Shown here in pieces: positions 25,974 to 38,865 of a stretch of 64,000 nucleotides of DNA (the stretch's first letter is position 1; every line of letters begins with the position of its first letter). The DNA lies in contig OZ024743.1 in assembly GCA_964016885.1 (NCBI GenBank), positions 185,938,001-186,002,000 of the forward strand, given 5' to 3'. A program made the position numbers and the translations under genes. The notes under the pieces are model-generated. The model was not told the DNA's origin and did not search any database. It saw only the letters and a program-made list of their open reading frames with translations. Source of the DNA: Eledone cirrhosa (taxonomy: Eukaryota).

Positions 25974-26655
25974 TCTATATATATAAAACTGAGGATGTCT
26001 GTCTGTGTGTGTGTGAGTTTGAATCCCTAAAACTCGAGAACCACTCAACCTACTGTTTTCAAACTTTACACTTGTAATACTTATGTTTCAGGGAGCGTTC
26101 TGAGCAAAATAAATTTCAAATTTTCAATGCCCTAGGGACCGCATTAGGCGATTTAGCGATCTCTCTCTATAATTCTTAGTCATTCTCTTTTTAGATAGAT
26201 ACATACATACGCCCTTATAATATCTGTCTATGTGTGTGTGTCTGTGAGTTTGAATCCCTAAAACTCGAGAAGTACCCAACCGACTTTTTTTAAACTTTAC
26301 ATGTATATTACTTATGTTTCAGGGAGTGTTATGCACATAAAAATTCAACTTTTTGATCCCCTAGGGCCCTCATTAGGTGAAAAACTGCGTTTTTTTAGGT
26401 TTTTAGCGGTTTTTGAGGCGTTACGTCAGACTGATTTCCTTGAAATTGTAACTATGTATTAGTCAGTCTCTTCTTCATACCGTGAGCAAAGAAAATCCAA
26501 CTTTTTATGGCCTAGGGCCTGCATTAGGTGAAAAGGTTCATTTTTTTCAACTATTTAGGCCCGCATTAGGTGAAAACCTGCATTTTTCCTGCTTCATCGA
26601 GGAAAATCTTAAAGATTATCCAGCCACCAGAGTATTTGGTTTATTTTCTTATATG

Positions 26656-26727
<72 letters not shown>

Positions 26728-26820
26728 TACATATATACATTGTCGAGGCATGCAGTAGGTCTGTTGGCGGCCCGCGTTCTAAAATACCTTATCCCGTGCA
26801 ACGCCGGGTACCACTGCTAC
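25974..26820 (+). mobile_element. Non-autonomous Helitron-like element
   Basis: A|TCTATATATATAAAACTGAG 5' end; subterminal hairpin CCCGTGCAACGCCGGG; ends CTGCTAC|T (CTRR variant); no TSD; internal duplication. Confidence 0.7.
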
Positions 26821-27779
26821 TATATATATATATTAGTCTTTAGCACACTAGTAATTTTTATGAGTTATTTTCCTTGACACTGCATTATATAGTGATTTAT
26901 GTCGCAAACAGCGTGTTAAAGGTTAGAATGGCTCTTGATCTAATTTGAGAAGTTCTTTATTTGTTATTTGATGACCAAATATAAACAGTGTGATGTTCAT
27001 TAAGTGCAATTGTCACCTTCATATTACCCTACTCAATCATTCCAAACCTTCTAAAAGTGTTTTCATTTTATGTTGATTATCCCTAGTAGCAAATATATTT
27101 TACCCATAATCTATTTTAGATAGCCCAGTTAGCGACCTTAACCATCCTGCTTGGCATACTCCACCCACAATCAAAGCCTGTGTAACCCCTAAAACCCAAA
27201 TGGTTTACCCTCAGTTGTACTCTATCTTCACCACTGTATGGGAGGTTTTTATTCACTATTATAATGTTTTGCAAGATTGCTATCAGAGAAGCAACATATG
27301 CCTGTAAACTATTCAATCTACTTAGCAGTTCTTTGCCAAGAGAATATTTTCCCTCAGACCCCCAATCCCCCCAATGAAGGTAGCTCTGTTAGCAGTACTG
27401 CCACTGATAGAGTCTCTGCATATGCTGCTGCTCTCTTTTATACTATACTGCTGTCACTCTACAAAACTCTCCTAATTTATGGTCCTGGTTTCACCACCAT
27501 GTACTCCAAAACTCCTCCAATCTCTCCAGTTAACCGAAGAAAGTGACCAGAACCAGTGGTGTCTCCTCCAACATCACCAAACAGTGTGTCATACAGCTAG
27601 TTTGAGAGTATGAAGGAGGAAACTATGATGAGAACAGTAGGACAGACAGGTACAAATGCCTATGAAAGGTTTCAAGGGATGGAGAAAGAGAATGATGTAT
27701 TAGCAGTAGAGGGTGACAGTACTGAATATGAAAAAAAGTATCCAATGCTCTCCCTCTTCACCTAAGCTTCATGATTTGT

Positions 27780-30350
27780 TAGATGTAGTAGTGGATGTTA
27801 ATGATGAAAGAGAGATAGAGAGTAAACAATGGTATCTTTGATGGTGTGGTGAGAATGGTAATGGGTGATGGTGAAGTGGTAAAGGGTTGAAGGTAAGAGA
27901 GAAAGAGGTAGTAATAATTGACATTGTGTGTGATATGGCTGGGGCAAGGTACCAGCCAGACACAAGGTGACATGGTAGTAATACATCTGGAACTGTAGGT
28001 AGGGTCATAAAGGCTAAGAGACAAGCTTGGAAAATCTGGAAGGCAGGGACCAGCAGGAACAATACTAAGTAGCTAGAAAAGAAATAAGGCATGAGTTTTA
28101 TTTAGCTACAAGAGGAAAAAGAAAGTAAAAGGTTTGAGAATGTTTTGCAGTGTTAGGATTAGAGGCATTGGGTGTTACGAATTCCAAGACAGTGTACTTG
28201 GAAAATTACGACTACATTAGGGAGAAGTGTGTATGGATTGATAATGGCATACTTACTTTTACTGATGCCAAAAGAAGAAACAGGCATAGACGTGCTATTA
28301 CAAAAAGTTGCTAAATAAAGAAAATTTATGGTAGAGAGAGCTTACCCCAAGTAAACCAAACAAAGAGACCATCTATCCAAATTGACAGCAGTACGATAGC
28401 AAGTACAATTAAGGCCATGAAGGCAAGGAAGGCAGCTGGTCCATCAGGGGTAGTTGCTGAGATGATTGAATTATCCAACAGGCTAGTCACTTGCATAATT
28501 AATTAAGTAGTTTAGTAAGGTGTCATACCCAATGACTAGCATAGCAGTATCATTGTCAACTGTTTTAATGAGCAAAGGTTATGATTTAGTGAGGCACATG
28601 GAGGCACATGGCTTAGTGGTTAGAGCATTGGCCTTGCAATCGAAAAGTTGTGAGTTCAATTCTCAGACCGGGTGATGTGTTGTTTCCTTGAGCAAGACAC
28701 TTTATTTCACATTGCTCCAGTTTACTCAGCTGTAGAAATGAGATGATAGGGACTGGGGTCCATATCATTCCACTGCAAAGTGGTCGTGGAAGTGCCACGG
28801 CAAAAAAGCACCCAGCACTCACTGTACTGTAAATGAGGTTGGTGTTAGGAAGGGCATCCAGCTGTAGAAATCAAGCCAGTATCAGTTCCCGTCCCACCCG
28901 TGCAAGCAGGGAAAAAGCGGACGTAAAATGAAATGATGATGATGATGATGAGGGGAAATATCAGAGGCATTAAATTGTTGGACATGGTTATGAAGGTCAC
29001 AGAAAGAGTAATAGCACAATTTTTTAGGAACAGAATCAGTTTTGATGAGATGCAGTTCAACTTTGTTCTGGAGAGAGGTACTTCTGATGCCATCTTCCTT
29101 CTAAGACAACTACAAGAGAAGTACTTAGTTAAAAGTAATACCCCTATACCAAGCATTCACCAACCTGGAAAAAGCTTTTGAAAGAGGTTTATGCTCTATA
29201 ATTTGGTAGTCTTCTGCTCCCTCTCTACCTTCACTATTTAATTTTTTTCCTTTTTTTTTTTATTACAAATATTAAATTGAAATTTGTTGAATAAAAGTCC
29301 TTTTCAATATTTTGTGGTTGCTAAGGAAGTTAGGAATTGTGAGGGTCGTACAGAGGCGCAATCAGCATGGTGAGCTAGCAATGAGTTCAGTGATAAATTT
29401 AGCATTTAGGTAGGAGCCCATCAGGGATCAGCTCTTCCTGTCATATTATAATCCTAGCCATATCATGTAGGCTAACAGAGGAAGTAGATTTTTTGGTGAC
29501 AGGTGCCTAGGAGTAGTCAGCAGTAAGAGTACACATGAAATAAACTCTATTGATAGCTATGCTACTTTGGTGACTCCATTAGCAATAAAGGTGAATGTAT
29601 CAAAAGTGTAATAGCTAGAATGGAAAGTGGTGGGAAAAGTTCAGAGGCTCTGCTGGCAACAACGAGTTTCTCTCTCAGAGTGCAGGACACATTGTATAAT
29701 GCCATCATCATCATTTAACATCCACTTTCATTGCTAGTAAAGGTTGAACAGGCCATCAGCTGATTAGGTTGGTACTCAAAGCATAGGTACTGACACCACA
29801 GTGAGCAAGGAGACTGCATCTCACTTACATTCCTGCATCCTACTTACTGCTCAAACTGACCAGTGGCCTGTAACTCGCTGAGATACTATCCTGCCTACTA
29901 CTGAATGGTCATGTCTTTAACATGCTGAAGAATCCCCCTGGCCTTTTCTTTCTCAGGCTTTCTTCGTACCAAGCATGATGTTTGTGTGCAAATGGCCATG
30001 TGACATTGTAGCAAGATGTGGGCCTTGAATATCGAGGATTTGTGACACCTGGAAAGAAATGAAGTATGTAACTCTGCTGGATGTGTTACATTAAGGTGCT
30101 TGATTGGTGGAGCACAAATAAGTTGAGATAAAAGCTGGATATAAGAGGAATCAGATTTAGTGTGGAACACAAAAAACTGTGCTGGCACAGACATGATGTG
30201 TATGGAAGATGACAGTTATATAAAGAAGTTCCAAGCACTTGAAGAGAAGAAACCTGTTTAGAGGGAGACCAAGGAAGTTATGGGAACAAAGTAGGGAAGA
30301 CTGACCTCAAGGAACTGAATCTTATGAAGGAGGTGGCAGGAGACAATCTG
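27780..30350 (+). mobile_element. Heavily decayed RTE-like LINE with nested SINEs
   Basis: MKARKAAGPSGVVAEM; RGNIRGIKLLDMVMKVTERV..MQFNF..TSDAIFLLRQLQEKYL; 3' GRPRK.W region near 30260. Confidence 0.8.
28600..28950 (+). mobile_element. Young tRNA-headed SINE inserted in the LINE RT
   Basis: GGAGGCACATGGCTTAGTGGTTAGAGC A-box, GAGTTCAATTC B-box, (GAT)n tail; near-identical to 34452-34838. Confidence 0.9.
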
Positions 30351-30554
30351 CATAGTAGTGCAAGCATGTTGAAATGGTCATTAAGTAAAGGTGGTGGAGT
30401 TGGAAACTGGATGCATCAGCCCTCTTGTTCACTACACTGCTCTTAAATCTCCATTTAGAGCCCTGTGTATGAACTACTTATTGCGGCATCTGTTTTGTCT
30501 GTATTTAGTCATCTATTATTTCTATCTTGCTCTTATATCACTTTACCTCTCTCT

Positions 30555-30561
30555 TACCTAC

Positions 30562-30595
<34 letters not shown>

Positions 30596-30661
30596 TACAC
30601 CACCACCGCCACCACTACCACCACTACTACTACTACTACTACTACTTACACCACCACCACT
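30555..30661. repeat. Compound (CTA)n/(CCA)n microsatellite
   Basis: Direct reading; about 45 bp upstream of the exon 2 acceptor. Confidence 0.9.
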
Positions 30662-30705
30662 GCCTATAGACAATTAATTTGTAAATGAAATGTTGTTTTC
30701 TTCAG

Positions 30706-30757
30706 GTTTCGGATTCTGTAGCTAAACAGATATATGGTATCAAAGAAAAACCCAAAG
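30706..30757 (+). CDS. CHCHD3: MIC19/MIC25-like exon 2
   Basis: TTTTCTTCAG acceptor; VSDSVAKQIYGIKEKPK (cf. LSENVIDRM of CHCHD3); donor AAG|GTAAAT, phase 1. Phases fit both neighbours. Confidence 0.8.
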
Positions 30758-30778
30758 GTAAATGAAAGATCCTTTTAA

Positions 30779-31436
30779 CCCTTTCACTGCCATATTTCTA
30801 ATGAAAAACATGCTCCTCTATAATTTTCAAATAATTTTGAAAATAATCAAGAATTTGAAAGGATGCAATAGCATAAATAACTTTCTCTTTATGGATTGGC
30901 AGAAACGGTAGAGCATCTGACAACATGCTTTGCAGTATTTAGTTATGGCCCTTTACGTTCTGTGTTCAAATCATGCTGAGATTAGCTTTACCTTTCATCC
31001 TTACAGGGTTGATAGAATAAAGTACCAGTAATACACTGGAGTCGATTTAATCAACTTTCTCTTTCCCTTCAAATAGATTTTGTGCCAAAAAGTAGAAACA
31101 ATTATTAGGGTTTTTTTTGGAACATAACTAAACAAAGATTCTTACATAAATTCATGATGGAAAGTTTTTAGATAAATATAAACATCCCACCCTTGCAAGC
31201 AGGGAAAAGCGGACGTAAAATGATGATGATGATGATAAACATAAACTATACAGTTTTATATCATAGAACCAGTTTGGTATCAAAAGAACAACTAAACAAA
31301 GGATCTTACTGAACTAAACAAAGATTCTTACATAAAATCATGATGGAAAGTTTTTAGATAAATATAGATAATTTAAAATATGCAGTTTTATATCATAGAA
31401 CCAGGGGTGGCTTCAAGCAGTTTGGTATCAAAAGAG
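30779..31436. mobile_element. TTAA MITE family B carrying a nested SINE, a truncated tail insertion and an internal duplication
   Basis: TTAA|CCCTTTC...AAAAGAG|TTAA; SINE about 30893-31107; duplicated AACTAAACAAAGATTCTTACATAAA block. Confidence 0.65.
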
Positions 31437-31944
31437 TTAAAATTGTTTTGGCGAGGTTACATAATAGATATCACTGAAATATATATAACAGTAACAAAAT
31501 AATCAACAAAATGATGTAATAAGATAAAATGTAGTAATACAAATTAGTTAAAAATTACAGGTTTGTGATGAAGCCTCTATGTTAGGGCAAACATAGACAG
31601 GCTGGGACATGTCTCTCATCTAGGAGACAACAAGTGGATGATTAGAGTGACAGTGGACACTAAGGCATTGGAGAAGAGAAGAACCAGAGTGTGGCCAACG
31701 GCAAGATGGTGCGCTGATCTGAGCTGTTACCATGACCCCACGTAGCCCAATATGGCCAGGAAGTGGTGGAGGTCTACCAGGGAGTGAGGTCTTGGATTTT
31801 TGATTTTCGACACATTGGAAAATATTTGACAAATAAACTGGAATCTTCATTTTCTCTTGAAACTTGATGTAGTTAGAGTTATTGTAGAAGTTTACTAAAT
31901 GAAGGTTTTGCAACATTCAGTTTGTTTTAACCATATGCACAAAT

Positions 31945-33270
31945 ATCATCATCATCATTTAACATCTGCTTTCCTTGCTATCAAGGGTTAGATGGGTCAT
32001 CACAGGCTGAGTGGAGCTACTGACCTCTCAGATTGGCCCCGGGAAGGAGAGGGGTCAGCATCTCACTTGCTAACATTCTCATGAACTACTAAGTGCTCAG
32101 ATGGGCTGGGTGGGGTCTACATCTTGCTTACATATGTTCCCATGCTACTGAGTACTAGGAAGGTTGTTATGTCCTTGACACAGCTGAAGAGTCCTTTTTT
32201 TACAGGTTTTCTAAGGCTGGATGCCCTTCCTGTCACCAACCATTTTACAATGTTTACTGGGTTTGCTTATTGCGTAGATCACCAACATTAAGGAGGTTGT
32301 CATATCCTTAACATGACTGAGGTATGCTCCCAGTCCTTTGTTTGGCAAGCCTTCTATGGCTGGATACCCTTCCTATCACCAACCACTTTACAGAGTGTAC
32401 TGGATGTGTTTATCATGTAGATCACCAACACTAGGGATGTTGTTAACTTTTAGACACAATTGAAGGATCCTTCTGATCCTTTGTTTGGCAAGCTTTCTAT
32501 AGCTGGATACTCTTCCTATTACCAACCACTATACTGAGTTTACATAGATGACCAACACTAAAGAGGTTGTGCTCTTGGCGCAACTGAAGAGTCTTTTCGA
32601 CCCATTTTGGTATGGTTTCTACTCAGGGATGCCCTTTCTATTGCCCACCACCTTACAGGGTGTACTGGGTGCATTTTTTGTGACACCAGCACTAGAGAGG
32701 TTAGCAGTCATTGATTCAGCTGAAGAACCTGCTCTACTCTAAGGGGTGTGTGGCTGCAAGAAGGATAAGCATGATATGTATAACATGTGGTGGGGTGGTA
32801 GGATTTGACAGGGTGGTGTGTAGGGGGAAGAGGGATGATCGCCAATAGTATGGGTGATACTTTGATGCTAAAGGTTACAAGGGTTATGAGTGGTACGTCC
32901 TGGATACAGTAAGGTGGTGATGTACAGTGATGGGGGGAGAATAGCTACTAAGGAGTGATAGTGGAAGGGGGGGAGGGACATGGATAGGTTAGATCAGGTC
33001 ACATTCTATGCTGCTAGGCAGGTCTTCATCAGAACAGCATGTCTCCAATACTTGCAGTCCTTTGTTATCTCTGTTGTAAGGTTCATCTTCTTAAGATCAG
33101 CATTTATCACTTCACTCCATGTCTTCCTAGACTTACCCCTTCCATTAGTTCCATCCACTGGGATTTGTTTCCATTTCTTTATATAGCTGACATCTGCCAT
33201 ATGCATCACATATCAGTGCAGTTTTCTTTCTCGCGCACTATGTCAGATTCCTCATATGGCAAGTTTTTAT
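31945..33270 (-). mobile_element. RTE-like LINE 3' end with multimerised 3' UTR units
   Basis: GRGKSRKTWSEVINADL...W.HAV (33006-33209); about four ~120-145 bp repeats containing GGCTGGATGCCCTTCCT at 32200-32700. Confidence 0.7.
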
Positions 33271-34451
33271 ATCAGATCATTTATCCAACATTGTTCATGC
33301 CCATTAATACACAATCACTGGTGCATACTTGTTTCATTTCCTCACTCTACCTCCCTGCTGATTAAGTCACTTACATAGTAAATGCTGTCAACAGCTTTAG
33401 CTAGAACACTTTCCAAGGTAATTGTGGGGATCTATTTCACATGTGCTCTTGGTGTTTCAACTTTGCCAGAAGAGCTAGGAGCCTTCTCTTCTTTCATATT
33501 AATCCTTAATCGCTTTGTCTACTATATTGCTGTCAACTTTGATAGCTGGTCTCTTATTTTGGTCCTTTTTTTTGTTGTTATTGTTGTTCTTGTTTCAAAA
33601 TAGATACATTGGTAGGAGGAAGATATGAAATTAGCATTTCTTAGATAAATCTAGCACAAAGTGTTTGTCATGCATTGCTTGTGTTTTATTATTATGATAT
33701 ATATATATATGTGTGTGTGTGTGTGTATACCAGGGGTTCCTACATGGAGTAAATTTACACACAGGCTGTAAATTTGCTGAATCTGGATTTGTACATATGT
33801 TTTTCAATTTTAATTCACTCTTGCAATGGAGATGTCTCAAATTTTGGTGCAGATTCACCCTAAGAATTCTTGTTTTGACCCTGCAAATGTTTTAAATGAT
33901 TGTACTATTTACAAATAGCTATCTGTTTGAGGCAGGGTCCTTAGCATTGGTGGTCATCAAAATTGATTTCTAATTTATGCACAAAGGCAGCAAATTTGGG
34001 GGCAGGACAACCTCAGTATTTGACTGGTACTTTATTTTATCAACCTAAATAAATACTGCAATGGCATTTGATCTGACACTGTACCAATTCTGCCTATCTA
34101 CCATTCTTTGATGGTCAGTAAAATTAAACACCAGTCTCAATTAATTCCCATAGATGACCTGAGATTTTCATTTTACATAACTGTGTCAAGAATCTCAAGT
34201 TGTTGGGAAGAAGCAATAATAAGGGCTTCTTCATTGATTGATGTGTTAATTAACTAATTGTATTTTCGCTTATACCAGCATCTGTTGATTAGTTATCTGT
34301 AAGTGAAATAACGTTTTTTGTTATTCTTATTGGAAACTGAAATAATGGTTTCCAATTTAGGCACAAGGCCAACAATTTTGTGGGAGGGTAAAGTAGATTA
34401 AATTATTTTAAATTTCTTCTTTGTCAGCTGCTGAATTATAGTAGAGGTAGA

Positions 34452-34838
34452 TGGAGGCACATGGCTTAGTGGTTAGAGCATTAGCCTTGCAATCGAAAGG
34501 TTGTGAGTTCAATTCTCAGACCGGGTGATGTTGTTTCCTTGAGCAAGACACTTTATTTCACATTGCTCCAGTTTACTCAGCTGTAGAAATGAGATGATAG
34601 GGACTGGGGTCTCTATCATTCCACTGCAAAGTGGTTGTGGAGGTGCCACGGCCAAAAAGCACCCAGCCCACACTGTAAAATGGTTGTGTAGGCGCCACGA
34701 AAAAAAGCACCCAGCACTCACTGTAAATTAGGTTGGTGTTAGGAAGGGCATCCCGCTGTAGAAATCAAGCCAGAATCAGTTCCCGTCCCACCCTTGCAAG
34801 CAGGAAAAAGCGGACGTAAAATGATGATGATGATGATG
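34452..34838 (+). mobile_element. Young tRNA-headed SINE
   Basis: Near-identical to 28600-28950 with one extra internal ~40-bp unit. Confidence 0.9.
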
Positions 34839-35269
34839 TACAGCCCACTGTGTGGGGTGGTTGTGCTGGCACCACGATAAAAAGCATCCACTTCACCCTG
34901 TGAAGTGGTAGTGTAGATGCACCCAGTCTACACTGGTGGCATGAAAAATGCTTCCAATCAATGCTGTAAAGTAGTTGGCATTAGGAAAGTCATCCAACTG
35001 TAGAAATCAAGCCCAAAAGAACGTATGAGCTGGATGTGGTCACCTGACCTGTCTGGCATCAGAACATAACATTCTTTAACTCATGCAAACATGGAAGATA
35101 GACATTAAACAGCAATGATGATGTAAACTCAAATTACTGAACCAAACAGGGTGGGAGTAAATTCTGCCATGAGTAAACTGGAACTGTCATACTGGTTATG
35201 GTGATTATAGAGTTGGTGTGTATTTACAGTCTTACAGTCATTTATCTTATTTTATAAGAAGTATTTGGA

Positions 35270-35880
35270 TTAATAATGATTTCTAATTTAGGCAGAAGGC
35301 CAGCAATTTTTCGGGAGGGGAAAGTCAATTATATCAACCCCAGTACATTACTGGTTCTTTATTTCATGAAGGATGAAAGGCATGAAAAGCAAAGTTGACC
35401 TCGGCAGATTCCAAACCAGAATGAAATGCTGCAATGCATTTCATCCAATACACTAATGATTCTGCCAATCCAAAGTCCTTATTTGAATTAATAATGCTAC
35501 TATTAGTTTCTAATGTAGGCATAAGGCTAGACATTTTTTGGAGAGAGGAAATTTGATTATATCTCACTCAGTATGTCACTGGTACTTTATGACCTTGGAA
35601 TGATGAAAGATAAAGTTGACCTCAATGAGATCTGAACTCAGAATGTAGAAAATTGTAATTAAATACAGCAAAACATTTTCTCTGATGCTCTACCGCCAGT
35701 CAATCGCCCTAATGTTAATAATAATTGTTTCTACTTTTTGCACAAAGCCAGAAATTATCTCAGTGCATTACTGGTGCTTTATTTTATCGACCCCATAAGG
35801 AGGAAAGGCAAAGTTAACCTCGGCAGGTTTTGAACTCAGAACGTAAAGGGCCAATCCACTACCCTAATGTTAATAATAAT
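35270..35880 (-). mobile_element. Cluster of three same-orientation SINEs
   Basis: Three copies of the GATGAAAGGCAAAGTTGACCTC core; the last is flanked by TSD CCCTAATGTTAATAATAAT. Confidence 0.75.
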
Positions 35881-35986
35881 AAAAAGTATTTTGTATCAAA
35901 AATGAATTAATGACACTAAAAAAATATCATTGATATTTATTTTTTAGTTTTGACAATTTATCAAGTAACTTTTCAAAAGATATTAA

Positions 35987-36206
35987 CCCTTTAATGTTCA
36001 AACCGGCCAAAACCGGCCAGAATTCTCTACCTTTATCTGTTGAAACTGGCTGTAACTGGTCGCTCAAACTGACGTTAAGGTATTGTTCTCAAAATAAATA
36101 CTTTCAAAATCTCATAGATTCGATATTATGTGAGATAATTATGTGAGTTAAAGCATTTACCATGAAAATACAATAGTATATATAGAGTAATATGAATGCT
36201 AAAGGG
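35987..36206. mobile_element. TTAA MITE, family A
   Basis: TTAA|CCCTTTAA...CTAAAGGG|TTAA; inverse homolog of 5688-5903. Confidence 0.75.
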
Positions 36207-36293
36207 TTAAATCAGCAATTAGTTTTAGTTTTGTTTTGCATTTAGAGATTATTAACATAAATTTTAAATTTATAACACTCTCTATATTTGCAG

Positions 36294-38581
36294 TTATCAA
36301 GAGCAATGAACCATTAAAAAGAAAAATAGTTATTGAAGAAAAGCATAAAATACCTGCAGCAGAAGCACCTTCAGAGAAACCTCAATTACCGGTATCAAGT
36401 TTTCCAGTTACACCTGTTATCCCAACCAGTCCAATTTTATCACCGCCTGTTATTCCTCTTCCTGTCTCGCCGCAAAAATCCCCTTCTTATACAGTTATTA
36501 AAACTGATCCAGTTCCTAAGGACAAAGAACAAAAGCCTGTAGATAGTAAATCCAAGGGAGTGGCGCTAGTATTGATCCCCAAGGTAGAAAAACCTACTGT
36601 AGAAAAAGAAAGTATACCACCAGCTCCTGCATTGACTTCCAAGGGGGAAAAATCCACTGTAGAAAAAGAAAGTATACCACCAGCTCCTGTGTTGGCTCCT
36701 AAGGTTGAAAAACCCACTACAGAGAAAGAAAGTGTACCACCAGCTCCTGTGTTGGCTCCTAAGGTTGAAAAACCAACTGCAGAGAAAGAAAGTGTACTAC
36801 CAGCTACTGTGTTGATTGCTAAGGTGGAAAAACCCACTACAGAGAAAGAAAGTGTACCACCAGCTCCTGTGTTGACTATCAAGGTCGAAAAACCCAGTGC
36901 AGAGAAAAAAATTAGTCCCGCAGCTCCTGTATTGATTTCTCAAGTTAAAAAAGCCGCTGCAGAGAAAGAAAGTACACCACCAGCTCCTGTGTTGGTTTCC
37001 AAGGTGGAAAAGCCAACTGCAGAGAAAGAAATTACTCTTGCAGCTCCTCCCAAGGTGGAAGAAGTAAGTATTCCAGACACTCCTGTGTTAATTCCTAAAG
37101 TGGATGAAACTATTGTAGTGAAAGAAAATATTGTAGAAACTCCTGTGTTGATTCCTACTGCAGAGGAAGTAAGTATTCCGCCAGCTCCCGTTAAAGTGGA
37201 AGAACCTTTTGTAGAGGAAATAAGTATTCTACCAGCTCCTGTTTTGACCCCTAAGGTAGAAGAGCCTGTTGTAGAAGAAGTAAGTATTCTACCAGCTCCT
37301 GTTTTGACTCCTCAGGTAGAAGAAACTGTTGTAGAGGAAGTAGGTATTCCACCAGCTCTTGTTTTGACCCCTAAGGTGGAAGAGCCTGTTGTAGAGGAAG
37401 TAGGTATTCTACCAGCTCCTGTTTTGACCCCTAAGGTAGAAGAAACTGTTGTAGAGGAAGTAAGTATTCTACCAGCTCTTGTTTTGACCCCTAAGGTGGA
37501 AGAGCCTGTTGTAGAGGAAATAAGTATCCCACCAACTCCTGTTTTGACACCTCAGGTAGAAGTGCTTGTTGTAGAGGAAATAAATATCCCATCAGCTCAT
37601 GTTTTGAACCCTAAGGTGGAAGAAACTGTTGTAGAGGAAATAAGTATCCCACCAGCTCCTGTTTTGACCCCTAAGGTGGAAGAGCCTGTTGTAGAGGAAA
37701 TAAGTATCCCACCAGCTTCTGTTTTGACCCCTAATGTGGAAGAGCCTGTTGTAGAGGAAATAAGTATCCCACCAACTCCTGTTTTGACACCTCAGGTAGA
37801 AGAAACTGTTGTAGAGGAAATAAGTATCCCACCAGCTCCTGTTTTGACTCCTAAGGTGGAAGAGCCTGTTGTAGAGGAAATAAGTATCCCACCAGCTCCT
37901 GTTTTGACCCCTAAGGTGGAAGAGGCTGTTGTAGAGGAAGTAGGTATTCCACCAGCTCCTCAGCTAGAAGAAACTGTTGTAGAAGAAATAAGTATTCCAC
38001 CAGCTCCTGTTTTGACCCCTCAGGTGGAAGAGCCTGTTGTAGAGGAAGTAGGTATTCCACCAGCTCCTGTTTTGACACCTCAGGTAGAAGAAACTGTTGT
38101 AGAGGAAATAAGTATCCCACCAGCTCCTGTTTTGACTCCTAAGGTGGAAGAGCCTGTTTTAGAGGAAATAAGTATCCCACCAGCTCCTGTTTTGACTCCT
38201 CAGGTGGAAGAGCCTGTTGTAGAGGATGTAGGTATTCCACCAGCTCCTCAGCTAGAAGAAACTGTTGTAGAAGAAATAAGTATTCCACCAGCCCCTGTTT
38301 TGACCCCTCAGGTGGAAGAGCCTGTTGTAGAGGAAATAAGTATTCCCAAAGCTCCTGTGTTGATTCCTAAGGTGGAAGAACCCACTGCAGGGGAAGTAAG
38401 TATTCCACCAGCTCCTGTGGAAATAAAAGAAGCTGCACCAATTCCTACCTCACCAGAGCCAATTGATTCTTTACCTCCCAAGGAAAGGCCTTCTGAAAAG
38501 TCTGATATCCCTGGTCCTAAAATCCCCAAGTCGTGTATTGTTCAACCTTTGAGCCCCACTCCTGCTGCGCCCAAGATTGAG
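36294..38581 (+). CDS. CHCHD3: MIC19/MIC25-like exon 3: giant PEVK-like repeat exon
   Basis: TTTGCAG acceptor, phase 1 (matches exon 2); 2,288 nt open; donor GAG|GTAAGA, phase 0 (matches exon 4); 60-bp/20-aa repeats. Confidence 0.8.
36560..38420 (+). repeat. Coding 60-bp tandem repeat (~30 units)
   Basis: Consensus GTAGAGGAAATAAGTATCCCACCAGCTCCTGTTTTGACCCCTAAGGTGGAAGAGCCTGTT; frame is open throughout despite shortened units. Confidence 0.95.
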
Positions 38582-38865
38582 GTAAGATATTTTCTCCTTA
38601 TTTTTTCTAATACTTGCTTTAGCTTTATAATTTGCAAGCTTGAACAATCAAACGACAGTTTATTTGCTATAGAGTATTTCATATTGTCTCCATCTGTAAT
38701 TTTTCTTTTATTACCAGAAATTTTAATTTTAATTTTTCAACTTGGATTTAAACACTAGTGGAATGGTGTCATTGGCGCGTCGTGAAATTAAGGAAGAAAA
38801 AAATTAGGTGAAGTGTCACAAAATGTGTCTGTCAGGTCTATCAAACTTTTGGGTAACATTATAAT

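Noticed and set aside
28600-28672. tRNA gene (also at 34452, 18930 and 49780)
   Set aside because: A/B boxes are present but there is no complete cloverleaf, and the sequence continues into SINE body and tail.
36487-38529. Antisense ORFs over the repeat exon
   Set aside because: By-products of the repeat's codon pattern.
36236-38758. Stand-alone 840-aa titin or membrane-anchored protein
   Set aside because: The ORF starts at TTG, and the hydrophobic termini lie outside clear splice sites (36294, 38581) in T-rich intron sequence. No Ig/Fn3 domains.
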